Positions 1 through 15,057 of a stretch of DNA of 64,000 nucleotides are shown piece after piece. Source of the stretch: the human T2T-CHM13v2.0 reference genome, Homo sapiens; the NCBI RefSeq assembly GCF_009914755.1, contig NC_060934.1. One strand, 5' to 3'. Position 1 is the first letter of the stretch; each line of letters starts with the position of its first letter. The translations under genes were made by a program, and so were the position numbers. The notes under the pieces were generated by a model. It saw only the letters and a list, made by a program, of their open reading frames with translations. It was not told the DNA's origin and made no database searches.

Positions 1-199
1 TCTCATCAACCCATAGATCTTATCCTGCTGGATTCCCAAAGCCCCTTTCATCATTCATCAAGTGGAAGAATTTGAAGTAAAATGGAAGATAAGTTCCTAG
101 TATTAGAGGTAGAAACTTGAGATTCATTATCCACTAAATATTGTTCTGCAGTGGGGTAGAGGTTTTGTAGCAATTCATGCCAGCTGCTTATATAACATC

Positions 200-1100
200 C
201 ATTATCTTCTTCCATAACAGAATACCACTTTTTCTTAAAAAGTAACAAAGATACAACAATGTATACATCATAAGTACACAGTTTAATGAATGAATGCATG
301 ATGAACACACTTATTTATCCATCTCCTCTCAGACTTTCTTTTGTCTTGTCCTAATCATCATTCACTCTGTTCTTGACAAAGTTACACTTAATTTTTACTT
401 TGAATACAATTGATAGTTTTTGCCTCTTCTGAATTTTAAAAGATATGATACATTTTGCATTATTTTTGTCTTTGGCTATTTTTGCTTAATATTATATTGG
501 TGAGATTTTCTCAAGTGGTTACATATATAGGAGATTTACTCATTTTTATTGAAATATGGTATTCTCTTATGTGAATATAAAGACACTTATTTAGGCATTC
601 TAATTTAAATGAGCATTTTCATTTTTATTCCGATTTGGGAGATACAATAGTACTACTTTGAACATTCTTGTACATGTCTTCTGGTTAAAAAGGTGTATGT
701 ATTCTGTTTTTATATGTCAGTAATGAAATGCTGGATCATAATTTATACATATGTTCAATACTGATTGTACTAATATAAATGCTTCTGAGCAGTTTATGAG
801 TTTCTGCTGGTCTACATCTTTACTAGCATTTGGTATTGACAAACTTTTTAACTGTAGCCATTTCAAGTTGATAATATTTCATATAGTTATTATCCATTTT
901 GATATCATTAAAGTGACTATTCAAATTTCTTATCTATTTTTCTATTGCATTTTTTTTATTTATCAGAAGTTCTTCATACATTCTTGGAAAGCAAAGCCTT
1001 TTGTTGTTTATAAATACAGAAAATACCATTTTTTTCCATATATAGAGACGCCTTTAATTCTGCTAATGGTATCCTTAAGTAAACATAGGATTTGTGGCAC
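200..1100 (-). mobile_element. Ancient L1M (L1MC/ME-type) 3' fragment
   Basis: Degenerate antisense L1 3'-end phrases (gaacattcttgtacatgtcttctgg, gctggatcata, catttggtatt...tgtagccatt). Boundaries approximate. Confidence 0.55.
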
Positions 1101-2349
1101 ATGAACTCTTCTGTATGTAGGTATTTATTTCTTGTACTATTTGCTAACACAAGTCACAGCTGTAGGAAAAAATAATTCTGAGATGAGAATTTGGTCTATT
1201 TTTTATACAGATTAATTTCATATTTTATGACTCAACAACTAAAAATATTAGCCTCAAGTTTTTAATCTCATCCATACTCCTTTCATAACTAGACATAATA
1301 CTACCTAAATTTACTGGTTTTGCTCAAATAAGGGCTTTATAAAACATTATTATTTTCTAATAACATTGTTCTCTAGCTTAGTTCTTATGAAATATGAGTA
1401 CCTTTTTCTTAGGGATAAACACGTCTATTTTATTGGAAATCCTGTGAAAGTGTGAAGTCAAACTTCAGGGTTTGAGATTGGTGACCTGTTCAGAGGATTC
1501 TTATCAACCTGAATCTCATTCTGGGGTGAATTTTTACTACAGGAAACAAAAATACTTCTTTCATTTAGCCAACAGTGCAAGAAACGTAAACATTCCAAGA
1601 GCAAAGGAAAAGCAAATTAAAACAAACAAACACCAGTTCTTTTCTATGCTAGGGATTATGTCATAAAATCAGAAAGATCTTTAAAGGTAGATGGTTTCCC
1701 TCATTTTGAATTTCAGATGTTTTAGGAAAATTATCTTTTCACATTTGGGAACAATCCTAAAAGGAAACCCCTACTACAGTGTAGATAACCCTTATCTGAA
1801 GCTACTTTCTTTATCTTACAGTTTGTATGTGAACATCTACTAGGATTGGAAAAATGTAATGGAGTCGAGAAGCAGGAGGCACAGAGAACAAACTGTGATC
1901 AGTTCAGTCCAGATCAGTAAATGGGCAACAGTTTAAAATTGTTGGGTTCAGAGGAAGATCATTTCAAATGGAACCAGAAATAACTTGAAGTTCAGGAAAG
2001 AAACAGGACATAAAATGATCTGAAATCTGTGCCCATTTGAAGAGGAATATGGACAACTCAAGAGTTCAGTAACTAAAACCAGGATAGTACTGTGATTTGG
2101 TAACTACACTTCTTAAACACACTGCAGATAGGTTTGTTTAGATTACAGGTTGGTGGGAAATTGAGTAGCATCTGTGGATTAGTGGAAGCCCCTTTTTGGG
2201 ATGAAGCCAGCAATATCAATATTTGTGCATGACAAACTAATGTCCTCAGATATTTCTCCTTCCACACTGTAAAATATTTAATAGAAAAGGTAGCTTTGGG
2301 GTCTCACTACTCCTCACTGGCAGACATGCATGCACATTTGATCTCTGCC

Positions 2350-4085
2350 CTATAGCCCCTTTTCCTGTGCTTCTGTTTCTCCCCGTGGGGGGAATGGCTC
2401 TCCCTGAGGTGCATTCTGGGGATGCAGGTCAATCCAGTTGGCCGTTATTGTCCAAAGGAAGTTGAAAGAGGCCACTACCAGGAAGAAAACATTGGAGTCT
2501 CCTCTGTATAAGATGCAACCTCCTAGTTTCTGCTTCCAGAGAAGACTAGTCACACGTTCAATCCTCTCTCTGCCTCATTCACAATCCTTAGGCCTTAATC
2601 TCCTGTGAGCCTTTCCCCCTGCGGTGACCTGGAGGCATGGGCTGTTTGGGATTGCCATTTGGCTTCTTGAGCACTTCGGTTCTGGGGTTCTGTGATACAG
2701 AGAAAAGGCCTTGGACAAGTCCACCTGTGGTGGTATCACCAGAAAGATGAGTGATGGCGGTGTTTCTATAGAGCCCCATGAGGCCCTCTGCCATTGCTGA
2801 ATTTTGTGTTGAACACAGAAATGATGTTAATATACATTTTGAAAAATCCAAAGTTGCATTTCTCTTGGAGAAAGTTAATCATTGTAAACATTTCAATGAA
2901 ATTATCTTTTTCATTGGGTAGATCCAAATGTTTCCAAGCATAAAAGAACAGATGGGTCAACACTATGTTTGTGAAAAGGGGAATCTGGGCAGTCATGGCC
3001 AAGGTTAACAAAAGAGCAAAGCATGTTTGGCTTAGTGTTGACTCACATAATTGGAAAGAAAAGAAAGATGATTTAGATATGTTTAATTCTGACCATTTCT
3101 CTGAGACGATAAACATGGGTGGTGATAAGGATGTATATTTACCAGAAGTAGAGGGAACAGATGATGATCCAATGATGATTTTAAAGGCCAAATCTGGAGT
3201 AAGGAATATTGCTGTCACCAGGATTGTGAGAAAAAGAAGCAAATTTTCTGCAAGATTCTGTAATTGAGAGAATTTCTGAGTTGATAGCTATAATGGTAGA
3301 AGCTGTATTTCTCCCCTTTAACCCATTTTTCAACTTGTTTGTTTTTTAAAGGTCTTCACCAAGGGTTGAATGGGACAACTTTATATTGTGTAGGATAATT
3401 TTAAATCAGTTCAGGCAATAACCTTACACATAAACATTTCCATTCTATGAGATTGTTGAGGTCCTAGGCAATTGATATCACAGTTGTAATAAATAAAAAC
3501 ATTTTTTCTAAGTCTTCTTAACTTCCCAACATAGATATGGGCATGTAGAAAGTTCTCAGCATATGGAAAGATAACCAAATTTTAGACTTCAGAAAATGGA
3601 CTTAAAAGTTGTGAAACAAATTACCTGACACTTTAAACTGGCAACCTATTGTTCCTCTAGGGTATCCTTCAGGACTTTTCCACTACAATTTTAGTTTTAT
3701 AAAAAAAATACACCTTGTTTTACATAAGAGTCACTTATCAGTGTTGCAGATACATAATAATTAAAACTAATGAATATCCTAACTTACATGGTTGTGAATC
3801 CTGTACATTTAGTATGGTTTGACCCTTAAGCTTTGACAACTTTGAGCATGGGGTACAAAGATAAACTATGTTATTGCTGGAAAGTCTGTATATTTAGAAC
3901 CAAATTTGTAATTTCACTATTGATATGGAAAATGAGAGATTTAAAAGGTTGATACGATATTGTATCTTTTTCATCTTTCTATTAAGCTTACATCAAGGCT
4001 GAAACACCTCAGTTTGTTTTCATAACAGTGGAGATATTTATTCATGTCTACATTTTTATAATAAATTATTAGAAGAATTAAAAAA
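2350..4085 (+). pseudogene. PTGES3: Processed (retro) pseudogene of PTGES3 (p23, prostaglandin E synthase 3 / HSP90 co-chaperone)
   Basis: From 2799 the sequence reads EFCVEHRNDVNIHFEKSKVAF (p23: EFCVEDSKDVNVNFEKSKLTF). ORF 2965-3267 contains WLSVDSHNWKE..DMFNSDHFSETINMGGDKDVYLPEVEGTDDD (p23: WLSVDFNNWKD..DMSNFDRFSEMMNNMGGDEDVDLPEVDGADDD). The native stop context CTGGAGTAA ends at 3202. The 5'UTR-like GGTGCATTCTGGGG...TTCACAAT ends at 2585. A 3'UTR-like stretch ends with AATAAA (4060-4065) and A6 (4080-4085). There are no introns and multiple frameshifts/stops. The 5' boundary is approximate and no clear TSD is visible. Confidence 0.93.
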
Positions 4086-5169
4086 GCATCCAGTGTTAGA
4101 ATATCCCTCTTCTTACACAACCACACTTTCTCCCTCAATACATACACTCAGGTAAACTTAACATGTTCTACTTTTTAATCACGGAGCATATTCGAACAGA
4201 GGTATCCACAATATGCAATTATCACTATATCTCTAAATTTAAAATTTGACCTTTGTCTTTGTCAGAGAGGGGAGAAAATGCCACAGTTGAAGAAGCACAG
4301 TGTTCTTTATTCTTATTCAAAAGGCAGGGTCTTCATTTCCATTCCTGAGTACTTTTCCCACTTGAATATTTTCTTTATTGTTACAGCTAACAGAAGATGG
4401 ATCCATTTTCAGTAAATATGGTGATTCTAATTTTCAGTCCTTTAGTTTTCACCTGACTCTGTTCATTATTATTCCTCTTGTTTAATTCTACCTGAGGCTG
4501 CTCCTCTAAGGGAACAATTCACTTAGATTCTTTAGAGTACAAACCTATAAATGCTGTATTTGCATAGTTTGGGTTGTCCTAAATATTCTAGCTACTTATC
4601 TATTAATGTTTTTCTGTTTATTCTCTTAGAATTTGGTAAGCTCAGATAAAGTGAGATAAAAGTGACTCTAAGAAAACTCAATTGTTTGTATTTTGACTAT
4701 AAAATATATATTTCAATAAAAGGTACTGACACTTTATACATGTTTTTAATAAAAATAACTTGGGATGAAGTTAGTTGAATGTGAAGCCAGAAAGAACCAC
4801 GTGTTATCATTTATGAATTATGTTTACATTTCCATTGATAATTCTCAAGTGTTATAAATTTAAACTAGATTCTTTGTTGTTATTTGTAACAGCAGCAAAT
4901 GATGATCATTTGAAATTCACGGTTATACTGCAGGATCTCCACAAGACTAACTTACCTAAATACATATGTATTTCATACAATTATTAAGAACATAAATATA
5001 TAAACTATGACTCATATTTGCTAAAAGTTCTTTCCCACTGTGAACATTAGTCTTTGTCTATTGTCTTTAAGCAAAGGTGATAAAATTGCCCACAGTTAAA
5101 GTGGCCATTAGGCAACTCTGTCATTCTGTGAGCATCACAGAGTGTACTTACACAAAAGTAGATGGTATA

Positions 5170-5490
<321 letters not shown>

Positions 5491-5734
5491 CTACTATACT
5501 ACCCACCTAGGCTATATGGTATAGCCTATTCCTCCTAGGCTATAAATTTATATATCATGTCACTGCACTTAATGCTGTAGGCAATAGTTACACAATGGTG
5601 TTTGTGTATCTAAACATGAAAAGTTACAATAAATAGGGTATAAAATATTTAAAATGATACCCCTGTATATGCAACCCATTACAATCTTATGGGGTCACCA
5701 TCACATATGCAGTCCATCATTAACTGCAATGTCA

Positions 5735-6179
5735 TGTTCCCATGGTTTGCCATGGTTACTATGGGACTGAATGAAGGGGGACAAATGCAGAAATGAAAAC
5801 TTAAAAGAAACTGTTTTAGAGAAGGGGTCTGGGGAAGAAGAAGGGCTCCCTGCTTCTAGTGAGCAAAGGCAGCAGCCACCCTGAGCTTCTACAGCCCTTT
5901 GTATTTATTGGGCAGAAAGAGCAGCCAGGAGGAGGTAATGATTGGTCAGCTGCTTAACTGATCATGGGTTCATATTATTGCTAACAGGCTTCAGATGTGC
6001 CTAATCACAAGCAATACTGCACTTGGGGCGTGACTGCCCTCAGCATTCCTTCTGGGTGGCAGATGCAGTTTGTCAGTTTCCCAACATTCTGCATTCATGA
6101 GAACAGTCTACTATTTACTCATATAGCTTCCAGTGATACACTGAGTTGATCACTAACCTCACTCTTTTGCCCTGCAACA
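5735..6179 (-). mobile_element. Solo LTR, LTR3-like (HERV-K HML-6)
   Basis: TG...CA termini. The minus strand begins TGTTGCAGGGCAAAAGAGTGAGGTTAGTGATCAACTCAG and contains CCCAATAAATAC. It is inserted near the end of the Tigger3 element. Family is from recollection. Confidence 0.75.
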
Positions 6180-6199
6180 TCATGTGACACATAATTATA

Positions 6200-6360
6200 A
6201 ATTGATAAGTATTAATAAGCAGTTTTTTAAAAAATCTCAGTTTTACTGTATAATAGATTGAGTGTTGATAGAGATATAAACCACATAAACAAGAGCTCTT
6301 TGGGGTCCCCACTGACGTTAAAGAATGAAGGATTTTTCAGTACAACAATTGTGAAAATAA
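6200..6360. mobile_element. MER3-like hAT-Charlie fragment
   Basis: ccacataaacaagagctctttggggtcc motif. Confidence 0.5.
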
Positions 6361-6429
6361 CAGCCTTAAATGACAGTCCACTGTTGTTATTACTAGGGCA
6401 GGTGGAAGCCACTGCCAGTTGAGAACTCT

Positions 6430-6580
6430 GTGACTGAGAAACACATTTGTTCCTTGAAACCTTGGTTTCATCATTTGTGGAATTAGGATAATAATGGTGC
6501 CGTAATATTAAGTAAATAGTATTACATCTGTAAAGTGCTTACTGAAGTGCCTGCACATAAATAGATATTGATCATTGCTA
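6430..6580 (+). mobile_element. MIR fragment
   Basis: ccttggtttcatcatttgtggaattaggataataat...tgtaaagtgctta...gtgcctgcacata core. Confidence 0.6.
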
Positions 6581-8199
6581 GAGATCATTTTTGTCATCAC
6601 ATAAATGAGAATTTATTGAATGTCCACTTCATGGCTAACATGAGACTCCTCTTTTGGAGATCAAAGAAGCACATGATGATGAACCAAATTTCCCCAATTA
6701 AATACTCATTGAGACAATGAATAGCAACACACACACATTGCTAAGAGAACAATAACAGAAAAACAAGAGAAAAATAAGATGAGGCACATTTAGCACAAGA
6801 CACCTTGTAATTATTCTAGGTGTTCAGAGAAGAAAAAGCGACCAGAAAGAGGTTGGAGTAGGCAACATTTCCCTGCTTTTATGGACTTTTGAAAACTTCT
6901 GAACTTCTCAAAGAATGGGAGCAATGTGAATATCAGAGAGGAGATAGAAGGGTATTCCAGGAAAGGTCATAGTAGAAGCAAAGAAATCTCCAAGAGAAGT
7001 GGCTGCTGGAGAAGAATAAGAGAGACATCATATAAGGGTAAGGGAGTTAAATTAAAGAAATAGATTGAAAAAGTAGGGAGAGGAGATTTAATTTGAAGAG
7101 GTGAGTTATAGGTAATTTATGCAGGATCTTGCACAAAGGAACTATATGAGGAAAGTTGTAGTTTTCTTGTTTACAGCAGTGCCCACTCTACAACTTGTTT
7201 ACAGCCATGTACTCAGAACAATGTACGTTACTAAATGATTTACATGCAGTATTGCTTTTAATCTTATGATCACCTCATGAAGTGCTGTCATGAACATTGA
7301 GATTTCCTCCACAAATTTATTCAAATTCTTCCTCTTGATATACCAGCTACATGGTTCGATGGCATTGACTCCCTACTTTTACCACACCCTGAGAGTGGAC
7401 CTTGATTGCTCTCACGGCGTTTGTTTGATGGTTGTAGGGAATTATAGGCACTCTCCCTTTAGTTGAATAAAGGCACCTTGCAATGATTAGGAGAGTCATG
7501 CTGAGGACAATGCAGACACATTGAATATGGTAAAGCTAGGAAAAATGCAGAGCCATAGTTCTGTGATTGATGCCTACATTCACATTTATCAACTAATACA
7601 GTCCTTTGTTTAATCTGAGTTGTATTTTCTGTAACCTGCAACTAAAAATATCCTGTCTGATACAAATAGATATTTTCATCTATTTTAAAGTTGCAGAAAG
7701 TAAAGCTTAGAGAGATTACGTTAATTGCCTAAGACCTCTAAGCCAGCAAATGTCAGTGCCACGAATTGAACTTGGCTGAATGTAACAGAAAAAACAATGA
7801 ATTTTTCATTTAAGAATGTTTATCTGTCTAGTAGGACTTCAGCTGAGACTGGCAAATGCACAGCAGGCTAACATGCTAATAAGCACCTGTGGGTTCAGTC
7901 AAGTGTCAGCATAATTTGTGATAATGGGGGAGAAGAGAAGAGAAACCTTTGATACACACTTCCTTCACCTTACTTGCAGGCACCAAATTGCTTGAGCAAA
8001 TAATTTTACCTTCTTTTCCTGTTTCCCCTCCTATACTATGAAGTTACTCTCCAATGATGACAGATGACATGCTAAGAGTAACACCTAAATAAACATGCAA
8101 TTCTTTTACACATGTTTAATTTAAAATGGTAATTATGGTGATGATTCCAGATTTTAGAAAGAAAAAAAAGGAAAAGTACAGATTATGTCACTCCTAATC

Positions 8200-9170
8200 A
8201 TACATCAGAGAAACCAACATGATATTCCATTTATTTTGTGATTTTGTGGTTTTGCATGTGTGTGGTTTATAATTATGGTAGTGACATATAAATGTACATA
8301 TTCATTTCTCTATTTGACACTATAAATGTGTGTCTCTTCACTTAGTATATTTGAAAAGAAGATTGTGAGTGTTGCATGATAGTCTGTTCTTTGGTGTAGT
8401 AATATTTAAACATATTGAAATGTATTTAACCATTTCTCAATATGTAATAGATTAATTCTAATTTTTTTGAAGTAAAAAAACTGTGTGTGTAACAAATTTT
8501 TCTTACACTTAAACACAGATTAGATTCCTACATGAGTAAATATGTGCTATAACTTTTTAAAGGATTTTTTTATATAAAATGCCAAATTACATTTTAGAAA
8601 GTTTGGGCCAGTGTAAAATCATGTCAGGAGCGTAATAGCCCATTTTGCTTCACCCTAACCAATATTGAAATTTATCATTCTTTTCATTATTTGTTATTTG
8701 CAAGGTAAAAACAAAACAAAAAAAAACCAAACCTAAGAATTCTTGAATTAGTTTTACTTAATAAACCAAAAGAATTAAATTTTTGTTTTCATTAGTGTCA
8801 CTTATATGATTTATAAATCACACATTTTCCTCTGGCTTTAATATGTAGGTACTTTTTGTTTTTTTAAAAATGTCTTTAAATATTAATATTATCATTAATT
8901 TATTCAAACATTATTTCTGGTTTGCTGTTTGCTTTTAATTTGTTTATGCATTTAAGTGTGAACAGTTTCTAAACCCATTCTTAGAAATTGATCACACCAT
9001 GCTATTTTTCTCTTTCTTATTTATTTAGTTTTTCAAATCCACAAAAAGAAATCCATCAATAACTCTGTGAGATATTTAAGGATATAGTTCTTTTGTTTGG
9101 TTAAGGTTACATTTAACTTTTAACCATTTGACATTTAAATTGGTGTTTTGCCAGAAAATGGCCTACTTTT
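8200..9170 (-). mobile_element. Ancient L1ME-type fragment
   Basis: T-rich degenerate antisense L1 3' text (atgccaaattac...ggttacatttaactttt). Confidence 0.45.
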
Positions 9171-10403
9171 TCATAATCTTCTTCATCCCTATTAAAGGAA
9201 ATAGAATCGAAATGATGAAGACACGAATGATTTTTGGAAAAGGTGATAAACACATTATTCACTTGTTGACATTCTTCTATCGACATTAGTCAGGTATTAT
9301 CTATATATGAATGAGGTCTTGTGTTTAAGGAATATGCACTTCAGTAGGATATGATATACATAACTGATTGTGGTGCAAACAAACAAAAAGTTCACAAAAG
9401 ATAATTAAATACTGTGGTGTAACAAGAAAGAAAAGAGAGAGGAAGGAAGGAAGGTCAGTCAGTCAGGAAGAGGGACAAATAAGAAAATACTATAGTTGTT
9501 GGGAGTAGAATCACACAGAAAGTTTCAAACAGACAGAGGGCATCCCTTAATTTGGCCATGGAGAAGGAAAAGAAACAATAGGTAGAGGAATAGTTGAAGT
9601 TTTGTAGGCTCAGGGATATCATTAATAAGAATTTATGAAACCTATTTGGGGAATTTTGAGCAGTCAGTTCTACTGCAGTGACAGAAAGTAGTGTACAACA
9701 GGCACATTATGACTTTAGGGCCTCAATATGGAGAGCCTGTTAATTTAAGGTTCAAGAATATTCTTTTTAAAATATATTTTTATCAAAATGCAAGTAATGA
9801 ATTGTTACAAAACATTTTTAAGGGAGTGGTAATAAGAGGGCTCTAAAAGTAAGAAAATAATCCGGTAGAGAAATACGGTTTTCTAGGATGGAGAAGCCTA
9901 AAAGTACAGAGACTACTGTAGATAAGTAGTATTGGGTCCCTGAGTTAGGACATGTTCAGGGGAACTGAAAGTGAAGCTTTAAATGAAAGAAAAATGTGGA
10001 GGCAACAATCTAAAGAACTTCAAAATTGATAGCACGTGGAGACAGCAAATGAGTCAGAGTTGAACCCAAATTTGTCATATGAAGCATTGATTAGTCACTG
10101 GTTTCAGGAACTTAATATGTGCTTGAAATAGCGCGGCTGCAACTTAGGATAGAGACCATGGCTACAGATGTAGATCTGCAAGTCATTAGTATAGATATGT
10201 TAGAGCTGGGGAATAGATAACATTTCCTAGAAATGCTAAACAATTTTGGAAAATACTTAAGGAGCTTAAGTTGGAAAAGAAGTCAGTGGAAAAAAACAGA
10301 GAAGCCAGTGAAAGGTACAAAAGGAATGGACAGGGAAGTAGGGGCACAACAAGGCAAAGGTTTGGTGCAGCTTGGTGCCAGGAGGTCCAGCAAAATGCCA
10401 TCA

Positions 10404-10916
<513 letters not shown>

Positions 10917-11424
10917 TTAGGAGGAGAAACAAATAGTTTGATGTTAATGATTATTCTGTTGTTGCTCTCCATTTGGCATGGAAAACTATTAAAAATATAG
11001 AGATGAGTATGAAAAGAAGCTGTCCAAGAGGCCAGTGAAAGATAGGCAAGAACTAATCACACAAGATAAAAAGGTGGTAGTAGATGAAACATAGGTATTT
11101 AAAGACAACCAAAAGAGGCAACGCTATATTATATAATATTGACCCAAGAAAGCATATGAGATGTTATTTCGTGAGCATAAAGGGTCCAGAAGTGAAACTG
11201 GAGGGTGAAGAAAAGTAGGAAATATTTGTAAGAGTAATCACTGAAAATAAATCCAACATTCAAAAAGAAATAAATAAAAATATGTATTGGTAGTAGGAAG
11301 AAGCAGACTATGATGAAAAAATGTAAACTTTTAAGTAGGTACAAAAACAGATCTGTGGATTTACCTAGCAATATAAGAATGGGTTTTATTCTTTGCAGCT
11401 GAGGGATAGATAGAGCATATATCC

Positions 11425-11427
11425 TAG

Positions 11428-11458
<31 letters not shown>

Positions 11459-11491
11459 GATAGATAGACAGACAGATAGATAGACAGATAG
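11425..11491 (+). repeat. (TAGA)n/(CAGA)n tetranucleotide microsatellite
   Basis: Direct reading of the sequence. Confidence 0.95.
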
Positions 11492-11799
11492 CAAGCATAC
11501 ATCATAGATGCTTTATCATAGATAAAGCATACATCAACAATCTTTATTTCATGTATTTGTTTAGTAACATTTAATGGTCATATATTTAGAACATATTACA
11601 CACTTCTACTAGATAAGGTGTGAGTAGAGATATAAGAATACATAGGACACAGTTCAAACTATTGAATAATTGAGAGTTTGGAAGGTATGAGAGGCTAATA
11701 TATGGACATGCACAGTGAAATATACTGAGTGCTTGGATGCAGATATGCTCTGGGATTTTCAGGAAGTTTTTCCATAGGATCATGAGCTGTAAGTCACAA

Positions 11800-12900
<1,101 letters not shown>

Positions 12901-13371
12901 ATTTTCTTACTAGATGGTCTATTTTTAGCCTTTGCTTCTAGGACCATCCATATATTAATGACTCCAGCTCTTATGTCCTCTATCCTGGTTTCTCTCTAAA
13001 CCTCCAGCATCATGTTTCCAACGTTCTTTTCTTAATTTCTCTATGACAATTTTCAGCAGACACTTTGAACTTAACCCATATCCCAAACTGATCTTGTGTC
13101 TATCCAGGAATTATATTGCAAATATTCACAATCAGTATGGTACAAGCTCCTACTCATTGCAATAGGTCTTCAATTAATCAGAATGAACAATAGCAGTAAA
13201 CAACTGGTGAGCCAGACCAGTGTATGCCAGCTGAATATCAAGTTCTTGCATTTGCACTTTATGTCAATAGCTCTACCATATGGCAGTTTTCAGTTATTGT
13301 AAAGACAAATTGTCATTCCTGACAATACAAACACTTGGATAGCAAAAAAAATTAAGTACTTAGTTGGTTAA

Positions 13372-13739
<368 letters not shown>

Positions 13740-14765
13740 CTAACTGTGGTATTTTTTTAATAATCAGAAGAAAATAGAGCATAGTTTTAAAGTGTATATC
13801 AAATTTAGATATATAAGGGGCAAGGATATATATTTCAAAGGAGAAAAATGACACCTTAATGTTCTAAAATAGTTGTCGATTCAGTTTTCTTTAATTGGTA
13901 TTCATTATTGATGATATCTGTCATTGAGTAGTAAAGGTAGATTAAAATGACAGCCCACAAAGAGCAAGAGGAAAGGCTTTCTTGTGTCAGATAATTCTGA
14001 AACTATTTTCTATTTAAGATCCAGGATCTAAAAACTGAGATCTAAAAACTGATAATTCTCCCTATGACATTGGGCTTTAATAATTTCTTCACATACTAAC
14101 TTATTAACTTTTTGTTCCAACTCTAGTCATGGTTTTCTCATATATCACAGAACCATTACAAACAAGTAATAGTTGATTTGCTAAGATATTAAAGTATGAA
14201 GTAAAGCTTTCCTAATTTTCAACCCACTTAGCTTTGTTTTATGGAAAACTCAAGCCTATTACATTTTATTTAATATTCTTAGCCTAAAATACTTTATAGA
14301 TTTTGTGCCTGGGTAAAACAAAAGAAAAACTGTTTTAAGAAATTCTTCATTTGACCTCAAAATAAACTCAATAATAAATTACAAAAATATGTCATTTTTG
14401 GACTAAAGTCAACAATATAATAAGCCTGGTTTATCCATTGGCTTTGAGTCACAGAAAGTCCCTTGATAATGTGTGACAAAGTATTAAACTTTAACAATCA
14501 AAACAGAGTTTCTGTTGAGGAATAGAACTTTCTCAGTGGACATTATATTGATTTTCATTATTTTTACAGGCAGAAAAGAAAAAAGGAAGATGGTGATTGC
14601 TAATAGTAAGAGTTATACTGACATGACTATATATAAAATATTGTGGAAGAATTCTGCCCTTTCTACTAAGAATCCCATTAAATACTCTCATTACTTTCTT
14701 TATCATGTAGATTATAGTGATATAAAGAATGGGTAATTTGACAGTTTTCTAATTATGCAGTGTCC

Positions 14766-15057
14766 TTTATTTTTTTTTTTTTTTAGAGTTTCTCGCTCAG
14801 AGTTGCCCAGGCTGGAATGCAGTGGCGCGATCTCAGTTCACTGCAACCTCCAACCCCCGGGTTAAGTGACTCTCATGCCCCAGCCTCCCGTGGGACTACA
14901 GGTGCATGCCACCATGCCCAGCTAATTTTTTACTTTTAGTAGAGATAGAGTTTTCCTATGTTGCTCAGGCTGGTCTTCAACTCCTGAGCTCAGATGATCC
15001 GCCCGCCTAGGTCTCCCAAAGTGTTCGGATTACAGGCGTGAGCCACCGTGCCCCGCC
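14766..15057 (-). mobile_element. Alu (older, AluJ/S-type)
   Basis: Antisense dimer with T-rich tail. Confidence 0.9.

Noticed and set aside
2965-3267. 100-aa ORF resembling p23 as a functional retrogene
   Set aside because: It starts and ends out of frame with p23, lacks the N-terminal CS core, and upstream sequence has stops and frameshifts.
14025-14053. 14-bp tandem duplication GATCTAAAAACTGA (a similar one at ~39820-39848)
   Set aside because: Ordinary slippage duplications with no functional cue.
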